Assembly: GCA_965285935.1 (NCBI GenBank)
Contig: OZ260661.1
Location: 100,068,001-100,132,000, forward strand
Direction: 5' to 3'
DNA length: 64,000 nt
Origin: Ophelia neglecta
Taxonomy: Eukaryota
Shown here: positions 1 through 12,300 of the stretch, piece by piece
Position numbering within the stretch: the stretch's first letter is position 1
How the letters are laid out: each line of letters opens with the position of its first letter
The notes under the pieces: model-generated
What the model was told of the DNA's origin: nothing
Databases searched by the model: none
Seen by the model: the letters and a program-made list of their open reading frames with translations, nothing else
Position numbers and translations under genes: made by a program

Positions 1-328
1 TGGGATTGGGAATCTGATAAATAGTGAGCCCAAATGTAAATAGTACATATGTCAGGGAGTGTGCTACCGAGACTGGCTGAAAAGTTAGAATATCACAACA
101 CTAAATGGCCAAATAAATTTCCAAACTGGCAATTATCATAATAACAAGATGAGCAGTATGCATATCTCACAGAACAATGAAGTATCCCTCGTGATTTGAA
201 TAGTTAACACCTGCATCAGCTTACCAACAAGGAAAACATGCAATATCACTGCACTGGCTTTACTCGTCTATTGAAATTTGAAATATGTTCCAATTTAAAT
301 AGAAATGCCATGTTTAATTGACTGTTAC

Positions 329-3300
329 CTGTAATAAACTCGAAGGGTTTGGAGTTCTTCCTCCAGCTTTCTGGTTTTTGTCAGGGCCATGTCTCTCTCT
401 TGTTGGGTGGCCAGCAGCTTTGCCTGCAAACATAAAATTGTAATAATTTTTTAAAACAAATATCAATACAATTGCCACTTATACTACTCTTGTTTATGAC
501 TTATATATCAAGGTAGTCACAGAATTCTTCTAGCTGCATAGTGCTATCTTTTAAGTTAAGATATATTTTAAATCTATTACTTGTCAATTTATCTCTAACA
601 TGAGCAAGCTATTCAGCAAATGTTTTATTCCTCATAGATAACTGTGTCAAGCATAATTGATCTGCCCATATTTGTAAATATGTATGTACATTGGAATTTA
701 TTGTGAAAAATCATCACCATTGAATGCACTCCATGGGTAAATCCATAACTCAATATGTAGAAGATAAATCTCTTTATACTCAAACTTTGAACAGGAGTAA
801 AATAGGTTTGCTTAAGTTGTGAGAGAGTTAACAAGTGAAAATCTTCGGTCAATACAATAATTTACCGATTCAACAAAATTCGACTGTGTTGCAAATACAA
901 TACAGTGAGCAGTGATTTGCAGAAGCATCATGAAGTGTTTGAGGAAACTGACTAAATCGGCCAACTTTGGGAGACTTGGCTTGCATGCTTAGGAACTTAT
1001 CAATATGGACATAGTATAATTATCTTGGTGAGGCAAACAACTTCTTTTGCAGCAAAAAGCGCTAAACTTTCAGTGAAAAAGTGAGTTTTTTGTTTGTTGA
1101 AGCAGTGGGATCTGTTTAACCTAAAGTAATAGGCCCTAAACTGTCAGTAGTTGTGCAAACGCTTTATGAAAACATGCAAATTGTTGCCGTGTAATTCTCT
1201 TATTTTCCTATGGCATATATCCACTTTCACCTCTAATTCCGTGCTCAAATATTTCAGCAAAATGTTCAGCTTTGGCGTTGGATTTACAAGTTGGATAATA
1301 TTTGCCAATCTATTTATCTGTTCTGTGCAAACTTTGTTCTCATCAGCCCAATCACAATACATGGCAGTCTCTGTTTGACTGCAAGCTTTGATGTCATCTG
1401 TCTGATGGCTTTTCATACCAGAAAGTAGAAAGGATGAAAGACATGCCACAACAACTATGTGTGAAGATTTTAACAAGTTGAAGTGAAATCTTCTTTGATT
1501 AGGGCAATTAAACAATGATTGAAATGAAATATTTACACATTTAAAACAGAATAACACTATGATTGATCAATTGAAACTTCTGAGGTGTTAAAATTAATAC
1601 ATTTTTGTGTGTGTTGACAATGTAATGTGATGATAAGAACGTGGAAATGTGTGACTTGAGTTTTTTTTTTTTTTTAAATTCAGTAACTTACTCTCAGTAG
1701 TTTTGTTTCTTGATTCAACCTGGGCTGTATAAATTAAAAGACAAATCAAAAGTAATTGTCAATTCTTGTCCTAATATAATCAAATAAAAAACCATTAATA
1801 CTTAACTTAATTACCTTGTGACAAATTAATTGATTTTTTCACTATTTCTCTTCAATTTTTACTGAGTGACTCTTTTATAACAGTGGCGACCCTGAACTAC
1901 TTCCTCCGAAATGAACCGGACGGTCGATAATAAATCACTTTAATATTCCTCACGCACATACTAACAATAAGATACCTATGAATCAATCATGTTTTCTCTA
2001 AAACTTAACATGTACTGACTCCGCCAACAAGGTCAAATTGTGTAAAATGAGCCCATGGGGAGTTATAGCTGTCTAAATACATTAAAAGTCCTTGCTTTAA
2101 TTTGTACAATTTATCTATTGACTTTGCCTTGAAACCTCCATCAAAAGCCAGTTTATGAGTATATCAAATGTAAAATGTCTGCTTGACAAATAACTTAACT
2201 ACTAAATGAACAGATGTTGCACACTTCCTCCTCTATTTATTATGTCATTTCACAACATGGCAAGTTGTTTATATACCTTGCATTATTGCCGCAAACAAAT
2301 ACCTATGTAATCTCACATTTGGAGGAAAATCATTAAGTATATTTGGGTAGATTAGGGGCTTGTGTCATGACACTCAAACAATATTCCAGGTTCATTGATC
2401 AAGTAAATATGTAAATTTCTCTCACAAATACTCCCAATGTTTGTTGAAAAAAACTGCATCCAATTTAGCAGGTCAAACCCTTGTGGCATGCCTCAGTTGA
2501 AGATGTGATACTATGTAAAGATATAAAGGGGTTAAACTACGGCATTGGACAATATTTGAGGGGAGGCTGGGTGTTGATAGACGGTTAACAGCAAGCACTA
2601 GATTACACCCGTTGGCACACACGAACCAGAGAAGTAAATCTGAAAAACATTTAACCAGTTTGCTTCGTCAAACTTATTACCAGTTACAAATATTGGCCCA
2701 TATCACATACAAGGCCGGGTGATTACAGGCTATACACATATCACAAAGGCTAATTGCCTGGGAAAACATAAACTTGATCATCATTTATACAATGATACAA
2801 ACAAACAAAGTTTCTGCCACCTATACTAGTTCCATCTGTAAAATCAATAATAAAATATTACCATGTTCAAACATTGCCCAGAACCATAAATTCTGTTATT
2901 TAATGGGCATACTTATATTTTCTTGCACTTGCGCATTTTTTGGTGTATTAAAATTGCAATAAACAATGTTTTATTCTAAATTCAATGGTTAGATGATGTA
3001 CATTTAAATACATACTGGTGGCACCTTTTGAGTACTTCAAGGACTCTACTCGCACTTACTCAAATTATTACAAGGTTAACTTTATGAGGCAAGCTTTTTT
3101 TATTACTATGCTGTATAACAACTTCAACTTTCAATATGTGTGCCTTCATAAAGTAATAAAGAAAAAGGAACCTTCATTGTACTGACAAGATAATTATGCC
3201 ATTAAATGACCATACATCAGTATACAAGCTCTCCCACAGGCAGGTTTTAGGACAGCACTGTCAGTTATGTGACTAAGATTCAAAGTCTCATAAGGCGATG

Positions 3301-6300
3301 TTATCACACTGCGCGCCACCAAGGCCGGATTGCACGTTTTCGTTTTCCGCCATACAAAGTAGTGGAGAGAGACAGCGCCCGACATGGTGAACTCTTGACA
3401 GAAACATCCTTTTCTGTTCAAACATTGCATTCATTTCATTAAGTCAAAATGGAAAAATGACGATTGGGATCAGCAGCCAATCGATGGCTGTTGTATTCGT
3501 CTGTGCCGCTACGTGATGTTGCCATGGCGACGCTCTCTGCGTTTATGCCACAGGCTGGATGGAAGGCCGGGTGACGAGAGCAGACGACGGACAGCGGCGG
3601 AAACAGAGAAATGGCCTGATCATGCCTCAATTAAATTTAATCAATATGCTCAATAAATATATGCATTATAGACCTGTACTGGGCTGGACAACAATGGCTT
3701 GGACAAACTTCTCTGTCATAACACATCTCAACCATCAAGCAGCCAGCTCAATCAGCCAACCACACAGCAACAATAAAAACACGTATTGCTTGAGAAATTA
3801 CCCAAGTCAATATACAAAAAGAATGTTCAGTGCTTATCGTTTTTCAATTACTTTGCTTTTCACTTAACACAGACAAGTGTATTTTACTGCGAATGTGCAT
3901 GAAAAATTTGCTGATATATGTGAGAGCTGTTTTTGCCCAACCTTTCTGTTATTTTAGGTAGTCAAATGACGATGGGTTGGACGCGAGAGAGAAGCAAAAA
4001 CATGACCCTTGGCAATGCTGTCTGAGCATGACACAAACAATAGCCTTGGACTTTTTACCGTAAATGTGAATGGTGTGAGGGTATGACTAAACAAAGGAGA
4101 CGGCCACATTCCCACAGGGATGAGGTCTCGGTAGATTTAGCATGGTCTTCACAGATGAAAGTTTCATATGGCCAAGTGCATGACCTGACAGCAGTATTTT
4201 CCTTTACCGGAAAAAGTTTGGTGGCAAAAACTATGATAAAAACATCTCCTCGGCTTTGGCCATGGTATCTAAAAAGTTAATGTGAGAACATTTAAGAATG
4301 TCTCTTACCATTGACTTGCTTTCTAATAAAACCAATATTTCTTGATGAATTCTTCATAAAATCATGGTGATAAAAGCAGTTTTATATTTCTTATGGGGCA
4401 CTTTAAATATGTCGTTCGTGATCTGGTTGCCAAGTTATCCTGGTTACCAGCCATTTTTGTTACTAAGGTACCATACTGTTGGGCAATATTAAACCAATGA
4501 GATACACATATGGGAAAATGTGCAAAATCGGCCACACAGAGAGTGTGAGGGGCTTACTTAGGCAAGGAAACCACAGCCATTACATAATAGCCATGTGATG
4601 TGATTAATGCAGACTTAATTAGGTTTCTGAGCGACAACATCAGATGGAAATCTACTTGGACCGTTATGTTTGCATGTTAAAATATCACCATTGTGGGCAG
4701 CCAAGTACCCAATTCCAGCTCGGACCTGGGCTAATATTTGCATTCGGCCACACACTAATAACAGTTTATCAATCGAAATCCGCCTGCCACGGCAGAGGCC
4801 TGAGCAAACACAGGTGTATACTTTAGGCATTGGCTGCCTAGGTGATGCCAAACACACCAGGTAATGTGGAGACCCTTGCCTCTCTCGCCTCCATTAGGAA
4901 CAGGGCTAGAATGGAGCGCGATCCATCAAGCCTGCCTCAAATGACAGGTTCCGACTGGACACTCAGTCCACTAAAACCTCTCAAATTAAGTCAACACTGG
5001 TAAAATCACCAAACCCCACAGACCCCTACTTTCCCAGGGCAAATTCCCAAAACATGTATAGACATATAAAATATTCATCAGGTGATAAGTAAGGGCATGG
5101 GATGTTAACGTCTAGAAAAATTAATACCTGGCAATTTTTCTGTATAAATTTGATCCTTTTGGATACGCATCTTCTGATAAGGGCGGAATTCCTAGGTATA
5201 TTTAATTTCAGGTAAACTAGATAGTAGTCGATGTGGATCGAAGTCGACTTGAACAGTCAAGCGACGCCTAGCGGCGTCGCTTGGATGCCTCCGCCAAGAT
5301 GTGTATTAGCGGATGAAAGATTAGGAGAAAATTGGTCAGAAGCAGATGTAGTGCTGAAAAGACTTTAGAGACTTCGCGCGACATACAAACCTCACCCGAT
5401 GAATCATGGTGGCCATCTTGTTTTTCCGATCGGTCTGAAGACAACATGAACAAAAATAAACCGAAGGTGAAATCTCACCCTGTAAAGCTTCCACAAGACC
5501 CCCCATTAATGCACTTTTTAATTATTGCCCTGGCAGCCATTTTTTTTTCCGATCTTGCCCAAAACCTTTTCAGCACACTGCCAATGATGACTTCTGTGAA
5601 GTTTCATAATAATCCCTGCATCCGTTCGAGAGATTTCGCCCGACATACGAACCTTACCTGATGAGTCGTGGCGGCCATCTTGTTTTTTTGATCGGTGCGA
5701 AAACTATATGAAATGATCCTCTGCTTGCCATAACAAGCTTCCATGAAGACACAAGCGAATTCCTCAGAGCCCTGAATAGTTATAGCAATTCAATATGCCT
5801 ATCTCTCACCGTTAAGATTTGACCTTGAAAAATAAAACCAAGGTGAAATTCAAGGTCACCACTGGATTCCTAGTATATGATTTCCTATTAGTGTTCAATA
5901 CATAATATGTGCCTATCTCTACCCATTAAGCTTCCACAAGACCCCCCGTTAATGCATTTTTTAGTTATTGCCCTGGCGGCCATCTTGTTTTTCCGATCTT
6001 GCCCAAAACCTTTTCAGCACACCGCAATCTCCCAATGATGACTTCTGTGAAGTTTCATAATAATCCCTGCATCCGTTCGAGAGATTTCACCCGACATACG
6101 AACCTTACCCGATGAGTCGTGGCGGCCATCTTGTTTTTCTGATCTGTCCGAAAACAATATGAAATGATCCTCTGCTAGACATGACAAACTTCTATGAAGC
6201 CACAAGTGTATTTCTCAAAGCCCTGAAGAGTTTTAGCGATTCAATATGCCTATCTCTCATTGTTAAGATTTGACCTTGAAAAATAAAACCAAGGTGAAAT

Positions 6301-9300
6301 TCAAGGTCACCACTGGATTCCTTGTATATGATTTCCTATTAGTGTTCAATACATAATATGTGCCTATCTCACCCCGTTAAGCTTCCACAAGACCCCCCGT
6401 TAATGCATTTTTTAATTATTGCCCTGGCGGCCATCTTGTTTTTACGATCTTGCCCAAAACCTTTTCAGCACACCGCAATCTCCCATTTATGACTTCTGTG
6501 AAGTTTCGGAATAATCCTTGCATCCGTTCGAGAGATTTCGCCCGACATACGAACCTTACCTGATGAGACGTGGCGGCCATCTTATTTTTCCGATCGGTCC
6601 GAAAACAATATGAAATGATCCCCTGCTAGCCATAACAAACTTCCATGAAGCCACAAGTGTATTTCTCCAATCCCTGAGGAGTTATAGCGGTTCAAATAGC
6701 ACAGGACGGTCGGACGGTCGGTCGGTCGGTCGGTCGGTCGGACGGTCGGACGGACGGTCGGACGGACGGACGGACAACCCGACTACATAATACCTCCGGA
6801 CCCTTCGGGGCGGAGGCATAAAAAACTATTTTCTATACAAACAATGTATGGTAGGTTATCAAAATGGCAATAAACCATAACAGATTGGTCCAATTGATGT
6901 TAGACAAACACGAGGCACTGCAAAATAATACGCTTGGTAAAAGCGTGCTACCATTTGACAGGCTAAGAGCTAAGTCTACCTTTCTTAAACCAATTTGATG
7001 ATTTCACAAACAACTATAGGTTTGTTAAGGAACATTAAGTCAACAGTCTCATGACGTTCTATGAAAATAAGAAGATAACAACTGATGAACATTCAATAGG
7101 TCATGCTATAACACAGTAAACTGTTCAACAAGCCATCAAATAGCTAAACAAATGTTAGAGTTTACTCATTTGTCGAACTCCTGCCAACAAGGTCCCATTA
7201 TCCCTAGAAATCTAGTTAAAATGAGTGGAGAGGAACACTAAGGGTCTACACTATAGATCATTTGAATTTGAATCAAAATTGAATTTGCTTATTGACACTC
7301 TGTTGTTTTAAATCAACTCCTCTTCAGGGTTTAGTCTCGTGATGAGGACTGGTGTACTCGTAAACTGCAGCCTTTTTTGGCCATACTTGGTTCTTGACCG
7401 AGCAATCTTGGCAAATATCAGCCAAAGCTGTAGTTCTACACCTTGGGAGTATCAGTAAATATTGTCATTATGCTCCTTGTATCTCTAAGTGTCAAGAAAG
7501 AGCTGAAGATATCATTAAGAGGTATCTGCTAGAGGCTTTCTGGCCTAGTCTTCTGTTGGCTCATTCAATAAGTGTGTGTATAAAACTAATATTTTACTTC
7601 TGTCTGCCACCAAACACTTAATTCAACATCATGTCTTACCCCTAGTAAATGTAAAGCAATGCCGAATATTTGAATATTGCCTTTTAGCTAACATGCCGTG
7701 CTTAGCAGAGGAATCAGGATCTATTGCAGCAAATATTTGTGTAAGATGAGGTAAATGATGAAAACTGTGCTATCATGAAGGCAATAGTTCCTCATAGGGA
7801 GCTGCCAGTTTACATCAGTGGATTGAAGAAAATGGCTGCCATGTGGAAGTGGGAATTCGCATGTGTAATGCCGGCAGCTGAGGAATGGGTGATTTGCAGC
7901 AAAGTATTCAATACCCAAGGAATAATACTTCTTTGATTTCTGTCCCTTTTTAAGGACATATGATGACATGGATAGCAGTAGTACAGGTTTTTACCTTTCT
8001 TCGCCACCCCATGTGTGAGGATTCATTTAAATGTGATTTCTATAAATTGCAAGAGGCTTTTAGATCATAATAGGATAACATTTAACGGACTCTCAGGAGG
8101 TAAAATACTGAGATATTTTCTTATCCATTTTCTGATGCATATTCATTCCCACTCATTGCTGCACCCAAGGCTTATTGTATCATAAAAAGTTCATCATAAA
8201 AAAACCCACACAGGATTTACTGCACATTAAAGTGCTCAAAGTCAATTGTGAAGCCAGTTATCCATAATATAGGGGTGAGGGTACAGTTTTATCTCTAGCT
8301 ATCATGTGTAATTGATGGATGTGCACTTGGCTGTCATTTTATGTCATAAGATTTCCTGTGCTTTGTTAGATAGGTGCGGCAAACGCGGTGTAAAAACGCG
8401 CTACTAGGCTGACAAGAATAGGTCGGGTCATACATGCGGATTTAGATGGAGAAGAGTAGCTTTAGCTGTAATGTTTATATGCCATCATCGGTCCTGTCTG
8501 CAACAAAGAGTCGCCCAAAATCAAAAACGGGAGATTACCTTTCAGGGTGAAAGGCATTCAAAGACTGAGCGTCTCATAGACCTACAGTATTACAAAACTA
8601 AAAGATAAACATGAAGAACATGTCGTTCTTTTTATTATAAATCAAACTAAATTGCCTGGTAGTTTAATTTTTATGATTGAAATATTCATGTGGCAATGTC
8701 ACAAACAATCTCAAACTCAGATAGAAATATAAATGTCAAATTTAATCTTATATAGTTTTTAATTTAAATGGGCCCTTGAATTTAAAAGTTTATCCATTGT
8801 TAAGTTACTAGTACCCAGTATGTTAGAGTTTTATCATTCAGTATTTTCATGTAAATCCCTAGAACAAAAGACTGATAGTCTCTATACAAATTCCATGTTC
8901 TGCAAATACATATAAATTAAAAATGAAATCACTATATCAATCTTTATAAATATTACAAAGTCTTGTCTTGTAAATGACTGATCCCAAAGAACACAGTTTA
9001 AGCTCATATACTTGCAGAATCTGAACAAATACTACAGTAATTTGCACTACCTAGTACATATATATGAACTGGTGGATATGTTGACAGATAAATTCAAAAT
9101 TAAACATGCCAAACATTGCTTAATGTGCTTTGGTATTTGACTTTATATTAGAGTGAGAGAGAAACAAATTTGTCACACAAACATGGCCATAAGATGTCAA
9201 CTTTTACTCCTAAAATCATGTTCATTGAGTAGTACAGGTCCTTCTTGGCAGTATTTCAAGGGCTAGAAATATCACAGGGTAGTAAATCATCAAGGTGTAA

Positions 9301-12300
9301 GAGGTTGGTGATAGATTTATATTTCCCTGCAGCCAAAAATCCTTGAATTACTTGGTAAGTACATTGGAACATTCAGAGTGCAAATAAGTTCAGTGTGAGA
9401 ACAAATAGGACAAGAAAAACACAGCAGACATCATATATAAGACTGACACCTGTATAGCTCAAAACGGCCACCGGCGTGAAGGCATGGGCTGGGATTGTGT
9501 CGCTCTCATTGGATAAAATTACCATATGAAATAAACAATATTTATTGTTCTTCTTATCACTGCACACTTTAAGTTGTGATTTAGCTAAGCCTGCCTACTT
9601 AATACCATGACTGGATATGAAAAATATCACAGTCTAAAATCAATAGAAGTAGAGATATAAATTTGGATTAGGAACTATCAGAATAAAAACACAGGAAATG
9701 TTTAAATCAAATAAAAGAACATCTAGCTTCTTTTACTTTTCCATAAAAAATTATGAGGCAGCCCACAAATACTTTTTATCTGTTATAAATAAGATTGAAA
9801 CTATAAACAATTTCTAATTTTACCTCATTTGGTGTTCAGGTACTATTGTCTGGGATAAATACAATAACATCTTTCACATTTTTTCTAAAAGATAGTAGGA
9901 ACAAAAATAGATTTAATGGTACTTGCAATAAACAAGCACATAAGGACATTCTTGAATTTTTTCCCCTCCATATATTTACCTACCTATCTACATACATGGG
10001 CCTATGTAACATGTTTGAGTAGCAATACTTTTCGTAAAGGAGGGCGAAATATTGCACCATGTCAATGGTGTTGTTACTGCCAAGCCATTGGGTCAGGGGT
10101 TGGGGTACAAAAATGTAGGAATAAAATCCATGACCACAATACAACAGGTGGGGGAATAAGACATGAAAGGTATTAACCGCCAGACTCAGTGGCCACTCAA
10201 CAATCTCAGTGCAATTATCAGCAACTACAAGAGGGTTGTGATCATTAACAGCCTGGCAATTTATGAACCAACTGACCGCCACCACAATATATTACAGCAG
10301 TTGATACGAAATGTGACCAATTTGATCCACAATCAACAATATACAGCCATATTAGATATCACAGATTTGCAATTTCTCTCAGTCTTTACACCACTTTCAG
10401 GTCCACTAGTGACCAGATACGGCTTTGATTATATGAATAATTTCGCCATTTCCCATCAAATGCTGCCACAGACTCATCTTTATCAACTGATATGTCAGCC
10501 TTATCATGGTCAGTCAGACCAGAATGACCCACCTGTTCAACTGGCTTTGATGTTCCAACTTTATCTAGGTAGACACACAACTTTATATAGAAAACCCTAC
10601 AATCGAGGCAGCTCAACTTCACTCAAGAAGCAACAATGTCGGGTTGTTAAACCATAAAGGACCTGAATCTTGTCTATTTATTGTGGCCGTCTCCGTGTAT
10701 GTGGCCTCATATAGACACTGCATAGGTCAGGTAGTCTTCCAATCAAAACAATAAAATTACAATATTTGTGGCATCAAAAGAAATGGACAGATTGGTATCA
10801 TAACAATAAATACTTGATACACTATGACCACAATCACACAGCTAGAAATACTGGTGAACCCTGCACAATGATAAAATAAAACAAATACTGTCAAAATGTA
10901 GGCCTATGTTTTCATCAAAGGAACTTGGCTGCAGAAATATAAATATGATAGTTAGATGTAAACTTTCAATGAGAAATAAAGATGGCAATGTCAATTTCTG
11001 ACTAAGAACTACTAAGAATATTTAATTAGACCAAGAATTAAAAATACACTAAACCTTTTGTCATCTACTCAGCAATTAACACTTACAAATATTTTGTTAA
11101 ACTTGTTGAAATGCCTAAAGCAAAAGATTACTTTTTCTTAATTATACCAATGTTTATTAATTTCAAAAAAAAACTTTACTACCTGCCTCAAAATCACAGG
11201 ATGATCATTGTAATTTTCACGTTCACGAAGAGAGAGAGACAAATAGAAGTCACTAGTGACCTAGTAGTATACTGACAGAGAGCATATGTACTCGAGAGAA
11301 TAACCCAAATTCTACCCAAATACACTCATAACATAACTGAAGTGGAATGGCAACTCAATAATCTACCATTTTAAATAGGTTTAGTCAATTTAGACAGTAC
11401 TACCAACAAGTGTGATTTGTTTAATGAGAGATATGCTGCCGAGTGCTTGTTTAATGCCTAGTAGCGATTACATTCAACAGACATAATTCATATGTTCATA
11501 TTGACACTCAAAACAAAGTCTGCTACATAGTATCTCATCAATTTGTATACTGATGGCAAATATTTTCTTATTGTGTATAGACAAATAAGTAAATAACTGT
11601 CTATATATTTATTCTTGTCTTCTATATGTTTGAAGATGCCCCCTAAGTACATAATTTGGATAGTAACTTAGATTTCAGTTGTGTACATCTTGATATTATC
11701 ACATATTATTTGTATCAATATCTCTCAACCTAGCAAAAATTGTAATCTGTATTGACTTGAGAAAAAAGGTGATCAAGTGAGTTGAAAATCACATCGAATT
11801 ACCACCTATAAGAATTAAGAAAAATCTAATTTATATGAAGAAATGAATGTTAAAACAATCCTAAAACTTGACAAAAGACAGGCCCAAACAAATATTTAAT
11901 CAACGGCTGCAAACAATAATCCGACTTGAAATCAATCTGCTTATCATCCTTAGTGTCAGAAACTTTATCTTAATCCTAGCCTCCCCCAAAGAGATATGTC
12001 TCACATGAAATGAGACTAGTCACCATGATTGAAATGTCAGAATCTCAGTGGTCCATCACGCCCGTAGATTACTGCAAAGATTAAATTAATCACCACCATT
12101 TTATCACATAATTCTGGTGACCTTAGCAGTGAAAGGTGAGGATATTTATCATAAATCGAACACTGGGCCAATTATACTTAGCAGGCATCCCACATATTTT
12201 CACCAATCCCAGTTGCCATGGTAACTATATCAGCAAAAGAGCCATAGTGCGAAAAAACACTCGAAGCTTTAATGGTTCTGCTAAGGACTGGTTGGAAACA

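Larger units (their letters stand above)
5217..6825 (-). mobile_element. Non-autonomous Helentron/HINE (DINE-1-like) element with internal satellite array
   Basis: Subterminal inverted repeat ATGCCTCCGCC (5285-5295) / GGCGGAGGCAT (6809-6819). The minus-strand 5' end starts in a T run and has a short partial inverted repeat (6788-6819), followed by a microsatellite and a tandem array. An 11-bp GC-rich stem-loop (5258-5283) precedes a terminal CTAG (5217-5220) followed by TTT. Confidence 0.85.

Noticed and set aside
5268-6205. ORFs 5268-5453, 5332-5661 and 6014-6205
   Set aside because: They are translations of the satellite array and share repeat-derived peptides (GHHDSSG, GRHDSSG).
5370-6700. 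Regularly spaced conserved motif resembling a CRISPR array
   Set aside because: The intervening sequences are themselves repeated rather than unique spacers, there are no cas genes, and the context is a eukaryotic intron with Helentron termini.
12211-12226. Near-palindromic X-box-like AGTTGCCATGGTAACT (similar motif near 38950)
   Set aside because: This motif is common inside invertebrate interspersed repeats and there is no promoter context here.
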